From Polyangiales bacterium (GTDB lineage Bacteria; Myxococcota_A; Polyangia; Polyangiales; Ga0077539), in assembly GCA_044229975.1 (NCBI GenBank), contig JBGARZ010000002.1, forward strand, positions 32,001-96,000: 64,000 nt of DNA, given 5' to 3'. Positions 57,037 to 64,000 of the stretch are shown here, piece after piece. A model generated the notes under the pieces. The model saw nothing but the letters and a program-made list of their open reading frames with translations, was not told the origin of the DNA and made no database searches. Made by a program: the position numbers and the translations under genes. The first letter of the stretch is position 1. Every line of letters begins with the position of its first letter.

Positions 57037-58590
57037 TCAACCGGGTTCGAGCGTGGTCGCCAGGAGGTCGGCGATCTCCGTCGCGAGGGCGCCGCGCGAC
57101 GCCCCGCGCTGCGCGGCGATGCGCTCGCCCGCCCGCCCGTGAGCGTGCACCGCCGACGCGATGCGCGTGCGAACCATGATGGGCGCGCTGCTGTTGCGCT
57201 CGGCGAGCCTTGCTCCGATGGCGCCCGCCAGGACGTCACCGCTGCCGCCCACCGCGAGCGCGGGCGTCATGTACGGCATCACCCACGAAGACTCGGCGTC
57301 GCTGACGACGGTCCCCGGCCCCTTCAGCACCACCCACGCGTTGAACATCGACGCCGCCTTGCGTGCGCTCGCGATGCGGTCGTCGTTGACCGGCCGCGTG
57401 TCGGTGCCGAGCAGTCGCGCCATCTCCAACGGGTGCGGCGTCAGCACCCACGCGCGACCCGCTCCGGCCACCGCGCCCTGCGCCGCGAGGTGCCACAGCC
57501 CATCCGCATCGAGCACCAGCGGAACCTCGCACCGACCGAACACCAGCGCCGCGATGGCCGCCGCGTCCTCGTCGCGCCCGAGCCCAGGGCCGAGTACCAC
57601 CGCGTCGGTGCGTCCGAGCATCTCGATGAGCTGCTGCGTGCGCGCCGCTCCATCCGCCGGGAGCATCGTCACCATGGTCTCGGGCAGATGCGGCGACGTG
57701 GGCACCTCCGTCGTCGCCACCGAGACGAGACCCGCGCCCATGCGGTGGGCACCACGCGCGGCGAGCACTGCGGCGCCCGTCATCCCGCGCCTGCCCCCGA
57801 TGACGAGCACGCGACCCGCGTCGCCCTTGTGGGCGTCCGCCTTGCGCGGTGGCGTGCGGGGCGCGGTCGACTCCAGCCAGCAGCGCGAGCGCGCGACGTT
57901 GGTGGGGATGGGCACCCCCAAGGTCACGAGCTTCACCTCGCCCACCATCACGCGACCAGGGCCCGTGTGCAGGCCCGTCTTCTGTGCCGCGAAGGTCAGC
58001 GTGAGGTCAGCCCGAAACACCGCGCCGTCGCCGAGCACCGCGCCGTGGTCGGCGTCGATGCCCGACGGAACGTCCAGCGCCACCCGCAGCACGCCGTGTC
58101 GCGCGTTGGCGGCCGTGATCCACGTCGCCGCGATGCCCGTGACCGCGCGCGTCAGCCCCGTGCCGAAGAGCGCGTCGACGATGCAGTCGCACTCGGCGAG
58201 CGCCACCGCCGCCGCCGTCGCGTCGTCCGTCGCCCGCCGCAACGGAACCCCACACGCCGCCGCCGCTCCGCGCATCACCGCCGCGTCGCCCGTGAGCGCC
58301 GAGCCGTCGACGATGCACCACGCGACCACCACCACGTCCGGCAGGTGCAGCCGCAGGTGGCGCGCAACCACCAGTCCGTCGCCGCCGTTGTTGCCAGGGC
58401 CCACCAGCACCGCGACCCGTCGCAGCGGTTGCTCGCGGGTGCGCTCCAGGATGGCCTCGGCCGCGCCGCGACCGGCGTTCTCCATCAGCAGCACGCCGGG
58501 GACCCCTTGGGCGATGAGCGTCGTGTCGATGGCACGAACCTCGTCGCGGGTGAGGAGGCGCTCAGGCGCGAGGCGATCGTCGACGTTCAT
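57037..58590 (-). CDS. nnr: Bifunctional NAD(P)H-hydrate epimerase/dehydratase
   Basis: LMENAG, GPGNNGGDG, DALFGTG, HKGDAG, LTPHPLE, GSGDVLAG. Confidence 0.93.
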   Translation of the reverse strand: MNVDDRLAPERLLTRDEVRAIDTTLIAQGVPGVLLMENAGRGAAEAILERTREQPLRRVAVLVGPGNNGGDGLVVARHLRLHLPDVVVVAWCIVDGSALTGDAAVMRGAAAACGVPLRRATDDATAAAVALAECDCIVDALFGTGLTRAVTGIAATWITAANARHGVLRVALDVPSGIDADHGAVLGDGAVFRADLTLTFAAQKTGLHTGPGRVMVGEVKLVTLGVPIPTNVARSRCWLESTAPRTPPRKADAHKGDAGRVLVIGGRRGMTGAAVLAARGAHRMGAGLVSVATTEVPTSPHLPETMVTMLPADGAARTQQLIEMLGRTDAVVLGPGLGRDEDAAAIAALVFGRCEVPLVLDADGLWHLAAQGAVAGAGRAWVLTPHPLEMARLLGTDTRPVNDDRIASARKAASMFNAWVVLKGPGTVVSDAESSWVMPYMTPALAVGGSGDVLAGAIGARLAERNSSAPIMVRTRIASAVHAHGRAGERIAAQRGASRGALATEIADLLATTLEPG

Positions 58591-58961
58591 CGCTCCAAGA
58601 CTACTACCGCCGCCGCCACGCCCGCATCGTGCGTGATCGACAGGAACACCCCGCTCACCCCCAGCTCCTCCGCGCGCGCCTTCGCCACACCGTGCCAGCG
58701 GATCGTCGGCGCACCGGGCCGCGCCGAGACGATCTCCGCCTCGTGCCAGTGGATGCCCGGCGGTACGCCCAGCGCCTTGCTCGCGGCCTCCTTCGCGGCG
58801 ATGCGCCCGGCGAGCCACTCCACCGCTCGCTGTTCAGCCGGCGGCATGCGGTCCCGCTCGGCCTCTCCCAGCACCCGCGCGGCGATGCGCTCGCCCCAGC
58901 GCTTCCACATGCGCTCGACGCGGGGCAACGCCACCACGTCGATGCCGAGGCCGACGATCAC
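58587..58961 (-). CDS. acpS: Holo-ACP synthase
   Basis: [24 protein letters not shown]. Confidence 0.93.
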   Translation of the reverse strand: MIVGLGIDVVALPRVERMWKRWGERIAARVLGEAERDRMPPAEQRAVEWLAGRIAAKEAASKALGVPPGIHWHEAEIVSARPGAPTIRWHGVAKARAEELGVSGVFLSITHDAGVAAAVVVLER

Positions 58962-59689
58962 CGCCCGTCGCGCCCGCGGTCCATCGCCGCGCGCATCGCG
59001 CGCACCGCCTCGGCGAGCCCGACCATCACCGCGTCGGCCACCAGCGCGTGCCCGATGTTGAGCTCCTCGACCTCCGCGATGGCGGCCACCGCGCCGACGT
59101 TGGCCACCGTGAGCCCGTGGCCCGCCGCCACCCGCAGTCCGAGCCCCTTCGCCCGCTTCGCGCCGCGGTGCAGCGCCGCGAGCGCCTCGGCCCGCGCGTG
59201 CCCGGTCGCGTCGGCGTACTCGCCCGTGTGCAGCTCGATCTGCTCGGCGCCGAGCGCCGCTGACGCGTCGATCTGCGCGTCGTCGGCCGCGATGAACAGC
59301 GACACCCGGATGCCCGCCGCCCGCAGCGCGTCGATGATCTTCGCCAGCGATGCCTTCTGTCCCGCCGCGTCGAGGCCGCCTTCGGTGGTGCGCTCCTCGC
59401 GCCGCTCGGGCACCAGCGTGACGTGGTCAGGCATCACCGCGAGCGCCACGCGCAGGCCGTCCTCGCTCGCGGCCATCTCCAGGTTGTACGTGCCGCGCAC
59501 GACGTCGCGGATCACCCGCACGTCGCGCTCCTGGATGTGCCGACGGTCTTCGCGCAGGTGCACCGTGATGCCGTCGGCGCCCGCGCGCTCGCACAAGAGG
59601 GCCGCCTCGGCGGGGTCGGGGTAGCGGGTGCCGCGCGCCTGACGGAGCGTGGCGACGTGGTCGACGTTGACGTGCAGCGCGACGCTCAT
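58958..59689 (-). CDS. pdxJ: Pyridoxine 5'-phosphate synthase
   Basis: [37 protein letters not shown] overlap with the upstream gene. Confidence 0.96.
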   Translation of the reverse strand: MSVALHVNVDHVATLRQARGTRYPDPAEAALLCERAGADGITVHLREDRRHIQERDVRVIRDVVRGTYNLEMAASEDGLRVALAVMPDHVTLVPERREERTTEGGLDAAGQKASLAKIIDALRAAGIRVSLFIAADDAQIDASAALGAEQIELHTGEYADATGHARAEALAALHRGAKRAKGLGLRVAAGHGLTVANVGAVAAIAEVEELNIGHALVADAVMVGLAEAVRAMRAAMDRGRDGR

Positions 59690-60825
59690 CCGCGCAGCGC
59701 CCCCCGCGCGATGACCAGCCGTTGGATCTCGCTCGTGCCCTCGTAGATCATCGTCACCCGCGCGTCGCGCATCCGTCTCTCCACCGCGAACTCCCGCGTG
59801 TACCCGTAGCCGCCGTGCACCTGCACCGCGCGGTTGCACACCCGCCACGCCGTCTCCGACGCCGTCAGCTTGGCCATCGCCGCCTCCTGCGAGAACGGCC
59901 GCTTGGACTCCTTCAACCACGCCGCGCGCAGCACCAGCCAGCGCGCCGCGTCGAGCTCCGCGTGGCTGTCGGCCAGCATCCACTGGATGGCTTGAAACTC
60001 CCCGATGGCCCTGCCGAACTGTTGCCGTTCGCCCGCGTACCGACGCGCGTCGTCGAGCGCCCCTTCGCCGATGCCGAGGGCCTGCGCGCCGATGCCCACC
60101 CGGCCCCCGTCGAGCGCCATCATCGCGATCTTGAAGCCGCCGCCCTCGACGCCCAGCAGCGCCGTCGCGGGCACCACGCAGTCCTCGAAGGTCAGCGGCA
60201 CCGTGCTCGACGCGCGGATGCCCATCTTGTCTTCGCGCTTGCCGACCTTCAGCCCGGGCGTCGTGCCCTCGACGAGGAAGGCCGACAGACCCGCCGTCCC
60301 AGGTCCGCCGGTGCGCGCCCACACCACGAAGACGCCCGCGCGGTCGCCCGAGGTGATCCACTGCTTGTCGCCGTTGATGACCCACTCGTCACCACGTCGC
60401 TTCGCCGTCGTTCGCATCGCGCCCGGGTCGCTGCCCGCGCCCGGCTCGCTCAGCGCAAACGACCCCGCCACGTACTCACCGCCCACCAGCCGCGGGACGT
60501 ACGTCTCCCGCTGCGCCTCGGTGCCGAAGCCCGTGATGACCTCCGAGACCATGTTGGTCACGGCCATGGTCACCGCCGTGGCCGCGCAGCCCCGCGCGAT
60601 CTCGCGCATCGCGAGCGCGTAGGACACCGCCCCGGCCTCGGCTCCACCCAATGCGGCCGGGACGTTGACGCCCATGAGCCCGAGCTCGGCCATCTCCTTC
60701 AGCACGTCCGCAGGCACCAGCTCCGCGCGCTCGAACTCCGCGGCGCGCGGTCGCAGCACCCGGTCGCTGAAGGCCCGCGCGGTGTCGCGCACCATCGACT
60801 GCGTCTCGCTCAGATTGAAGTCCAT
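59686..60825 (-). CDS. Acyl-CoA dehydrogenase (short-chain/butyryl-CoA-like)
   Basis: [35 protein letters not shown]. Confidence 0.95.
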   Translation of the reverse strand: MDFNLSETQSMVRDTARAFSDRVLRPRAAEFERAELVPADVLKEMAELGLMGVNVPAALGGAEAGAVSYALAMREIARGCAATAVTMAVTNMVSEVITGFGTEAQRETYVPRLVGGEYVAGSFALSEPGAGSDPGAMRTTAKRRGDEWVINGDKQWITSGDRAGVFVVWARTGGPGTAGLSAFLVEGTTPGLKVGKREDKMGIRASSTVPLTFEDCVVPATALLGVEGGGFKIAMMALDGGRVGIGAQALGIGEGALDDARRYAGERQQFGRAIGEFQAIQWMLADSHAELDAARWLVLRAAWLKESKRPFSQEAAMAKLTASETAWRVCNRAVQVHGGYGYTREFAVERRMRDARVTMIYEGTSEIQRLVIARGALRG

Positions 60826-60837
60826 CGCTAGGCTCCG

Positions 60838-61572
60838 TTACGGGATCGTGACCGTCGTCCGCGCGTACCACGAACCCGGCGTCGGCACGCGCAGCGCCTG
60901 CACCTCGCGCAGCACGCAATCGGTCATCTCCACGACTTCATGGGAGGCGAGCGCGGCGCCGGCGGCGGCGACGGTCCCGTTGGGGGCGACGTAGAGCGTG
61001 ACCTGCAAGGGGCGCTGATCGCCGTGGCGACAGGTGGCGAGGGCCGTTCGTCGGGTGCGGAGGGCGGTCTCGACGCGCTGGGCGGTCCATGCGGTGGCGG
61101 GTCGACGGTCGGGCCCGCCTTCCATGTCGAGGGCGTAGGTGACCTCGGCCTCGCCGCCGCACGGCGCGTCGAAGTGCAGCGCCGCCGCGGCATCGGTGAG
61201 GCAGCGCTCGGTCGCGCGATCGCCGAGCGTGGAGGTTGTGGGGATGGCCCAGCGGACGGCGCCGTCGTTGCCCACGCGGATGCGCATCTCGACGCGGCCG
61301 GCGAGGCACGGGAGTTCTTCGACGCGGCGGGTGTAGCAGGCCATGAGGGTGGCCTCGGCGTCGCGCATCACACGACGGACGTGCGTGGGCGCGAGCGTCC
61401 CGAGCTGGCCCTCGATGGAGATGCCGTGGTCGTTGCCGCAGCGCGAGGTGGGCGTTGGGGTCGGTGCGACGACGGGGTCGACGGGCGCCGCGACGACCGG
61501 GGTCGTGGGCTGGGCCGGATGGCTGGCGCAGGCGCCGACGAGGAGGAGGGAGAAGACGGCTCTGGGGCTCAT
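60838..61572 (-). CDS. Lipoprotein with AgmX/PglI-like (TonB C-terminal-like) domains
   Basis: Lipobox LVGAC; LMACY...GRVEMRIRVGNDGAV...ERCL, followed by a second similar unit. Confidence 0.7.
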   Translation of the reverse strand: MSPRAVFSLLLVGACASHPAQPTTPVVAAPVDPVVAPTPTPTSRCGNDHGISIEGQLGTLAPTHVRRVMRDAEATLMACYTRRVEELPCLAGRVEMRIRVGNDGAVRWAIPTTSTLGDRATERCLTDAAAALHFDAPCGGEAEVTYALDMEGGPDRRPATAWTAQRVETALRTRRTALATCRHGDQRPLQVTLYVAPNGTVAAAGAALASHEVVEMTDCVLREVQALRVPTPGSWYARTTVTIP

Positions 61573-61745
61573 CGGGCGGCGCAGGATGCCAGATGGATCA
61601 GGGGTGTCCAGCGATGGCCGTGGACCCGGAAGAACCTTTGTGATGTCGAGCGCTTCTGTGCCCATCGGTGGAGCGATGCGCGAGTGCAGCCGAGGGGGTG
61701 ACGAGCACCCTCACCGATCGCTGGAGGAGGGGGATGTCGCGCGGC

Positions 61746-62165
61746 CTACGGCGCCGGGGCGGAGGCGTCGGGCGTCCCGAGGACGACGGTCACCTCGATG
61801 TCGAGCGTGCCCTGCACCGAGCCGGGGAAGCGGAGGCGGCGCGAGACGCCGACCACGCAGGAGGCGATGGCGGCGTTGGGGGCGACGAAGGAGGTTCCGC
61901 GGCTGGTCGACGAGGCGACCTGGCCGTTGGCGTCGGTGGCCATGCGCAGCGAGACCGTGCCGTACTGGCCGGTCGGGTTGCACGCGGCGAAGGCGCCGGC
62001 GCTGCGAGCGAAGATGCCGCGGACGATGTTGAGCGCGGGCGACGGCACGACGCGCCAGCTGGAGAACGCCACCGCAGGGCGGGTCGGCGGGGTCTGCGCG
62101 ACGGCGGGCGAGAGCACCGAGAGCGCGCCGAGGGCGAACACGAAGGCGGTCGAGGGGCGGTTCAT
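61746..62165 (-). CDS. Exported protein with one AgmX/PglI-like domain
   Basis: Signal peptide AVA-Q; FAAC...GTV...NGQV...ASCVV...LRFP. Confidence 0.65.
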   Translation of the reverse strand: MNRPSTAFVFALGALSVLSPAVAQTPPTRPAVAFSSWRVVPSPALNIVRGIFARSAGAFAACNPTGQYGTVSLRMATDANGQVASSTSRGTSFVAPNAAIASCVVGVSRRLRFPGSVQGTLDIEVTVVLGTPDASAPAP

Positions 62166-62222
62166 GGCCGGGGAGGAAACCACCGTTGACCCGTGCGGAT
62201 CAACCACCGCGCCGAGCGATCG

Positions 62223-64000
62223 TCAGTGGAAGTCGTGCGACGCGGGGAGCAGCGCGTCGTCGTCGTCGGTGATCGTGAAGGGTTCTGCGCGGATGGCCTT
62301 CACGTTGGTCACGCCGTCCTGCCGCTCGACGACGCCGTAGATCCGCATCGCCATCGCGGTGGCGAGCAGCGCGCGCTGCGCCTCGTAGAGCGGCGGCGCC
62401 ACGATGACGTTGGCCACGCCGAACTCGTCCTCCAGGGAGATGAAGAAGAAGCCCTTGGCGGCGTGCGGGCGCTGTCGGGTGATGACGACGCCGGCCACGA
62501 CGGCGGGGGTCCCGTGTGGGGCGCGGGCGACGTCGCGGGTGGAGAGCAGGCCCTCGGTGCGCAGCGCGTCGCGGACGAAGCTCATGGGGTGCGGGCCGAC
62601 GGTCATCCCGCTGCGCGCGAGGTCGGCGGCGACGCGCTCGGGCATGGTCATGGGGTAGCCCGGCGTGTCGTCGCGCGGGGCGGCGGCGCGGTCGAAGATG
62701 CCGCGGGGCATGGCCTCCAGCGCCTGCACCTGCCACAGGGCCTCGCGGCGCTGCCACGGGCGCGACGGGTCGGTGAAGCGCAGGGCGCCGAGCTCGGCGA
62801 GTGCTTCGAGCTCCGATCGCTCGGGCGACGTGCGGCGGCGGAAGTCCTCCAGCGAGGTGAAGGGCGACGCGGCGCGCGCGGCCTCGATGGAGCGCGCGGT
62901 GGCCTCGCGCAGACCGCCGACGTAGCGCAGGCCGAGGCGCATCCACTGGTCGGCGGGGATGCCTTCGCGGGCGCACTCCCAGCGCGAGTGGGTGACGTCG
63001 ATGGGGAGCACGCGGACGCCGTGGCGCTGCGCGTCGCGCACGAGGACGGCGGGGTGATAGAAGCCCATGGGCCAGTGGTTGAGCATCGCGGTGACGTAGG
63101 TCGCCGGGTAGTGCGCGCGGAAGAACGCGCTCGCGTAGGCCAGCAGGGCGAAGCTCGCGCTGTGCGACTCGGGGAAGCCGTACTCCGCGAAGGACTTGAT
63201 GCCTTTGACGATCTGCTCCTGCGCCTCGGGTTTGTAGTTCTTCGCGGTCATGCCCTCGCGCAGGCGCTTCTCGATGCGCGCCATCTTCTCGGCGCTGCGC
63301 TTCGATCCCATGGCGCGGCGCAGCTCTTCGGCCTCGCCACCGGAGAAGCCCGCCGCGATCATCGAGATGGACATGAGCTGCTCCTGGAAGATCGCGACGC
63401 CCATCGTTCGCTTCAGGATCGGCTCCAGCTCATCGTGCGGATAGGTGACCTTCTCTCGTCCTCGCCGACGGTTGATGAAGGGGTGAATCATCCCGCCGAC
63501 GATCGGCCCCGGCCGCACGATCGCGATCTGGATCGTGAGGTCGTAGAAGTTCTTCGGGCACAGGCGCGGCAGCGTCGCCATCTGCGCGCGCGACTCGATC
63601 TGGAAGAGCCCGACGGTGTCCGCGGCCTGCATCATCGCGTAGCTCTTCGGGTCGTTTTCGGGGAGGTCGTAGAGGCCGTGCTCCTTGCCGTCGACGGTCT
63701 TCACCGTCGCCATGACCTCCTCCAACACCGCCATCATCCCGAGGCCCAGCAGGTCGATCTTCAGGATGCCCAGTCCCTCAAGATCCTCCTTGTCCCATTG
63801 AACGATCCGCCGGTCGTCCATCGACGCCGGCTCGATGGGAACCACATGGTCGAGCCGCCCGCTCGCGATGACGATGCCGCCCGAGTGCTGCCCGAGGTGA
63901 CGCGGCAGGTTCTGCATCTGGTGACCGAGCTCCAGCCAGAGCCGCACGCTCCCGTCCGTCGGGTCGAGGCCCGCGTCACGTAGTCGATCGGTGAGCGTCT
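62223..64000 (-). CDS. dnaE2: Error-prone DNA polymerase DnaE2 (5'-partial, runs off the window)
   Basis: FQIESRAQM, YGFPESH, PMGFY, C-terminal SHDFH (SRDFH-type); frame is open to the window edge. Confidence 0.95.
   Translation of the reverse strand, partial: TLTDRLRDAGLDPTDGSVRLWLELGHQMQNLPRHLGQHSGGIVIASGRLDHVVPIEPASMDDRRIVQWDKEDLEGLGILKIDLLGLGMMAVLEEVMATVKTVDGKEHGLYDLPENDPKSYAMMQAADTVGLFQIESRAQMATLPRLCPKNFYDLTIQIAIVRPGPIVGGMIHPFINRRRGREKVTYPHDELEPILKRTMGVAIFQEQLMSISMIAAGFSGGEAEELRRAMGSKRSAEKMARIEKRLREGMTAKNYKPEAQEQIVKGIKSFAEYGFPESHSASFALLAYASAFFRAHYPATYVTAMLNHWPMGFYHPAVLVRDAQRHGVRVLPIDVTHSRWECAREGIPADQWMRLGLRYVGGLREATARSIEAARAASPFTSLEDFRRRTSPERSELEALAELGALRFTDPSRPWQRREALWQVQALEAMPRGIFDRAAAPRDDTPGYPMTMPERVAADLARSGMTVGPHPMSFVRDALRTEGLLSTRDVARAPHGTPAVVAGVVITRQRPHAAKGFFFISLEDEFGVANVIVAPPLYEAQRALLATAMAMRIYGVVERQDGVTNVKAIRAEPFTITDDDDALLPASHDFH

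Overview
High-GC (~70%) bacterial chromosomal segment. Gene content (romR next to valS, AgmX/PglI-type TonB-C proteins, a 3.8k-aa TPR protein, a Hanks-type kinase) points to Myxococcota (inference). Left to right: a surface-glycan cluster (1-12.4 kb); alr-mlaE-mlaF; thiolase and butyryl-CoA enzymes; tRNA-Asp; a double HARE-HTH protein with a degenerate Mrr-like domain; valS-romR; signalling genes; cobA/hemD-hemB; envelope genes (yfgM-bamB-like); a 600-bp gene-free gap; rlmN-like/larE; the giant TPR gene; ddl; an ECF sigma; nnr-acpS-pdxJ; and a partial dnaE2. The gap holds a clear 28-bp dif-like XerC/XerD site (39448-39475), suggesting the window spans the replication terminus. About 300 bp away is the most unusual element: a palindrome of two XerD-type arms around a 7-bp spacer (39772-39802). 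All calls come from motif recognition by eye; no database searches were run.
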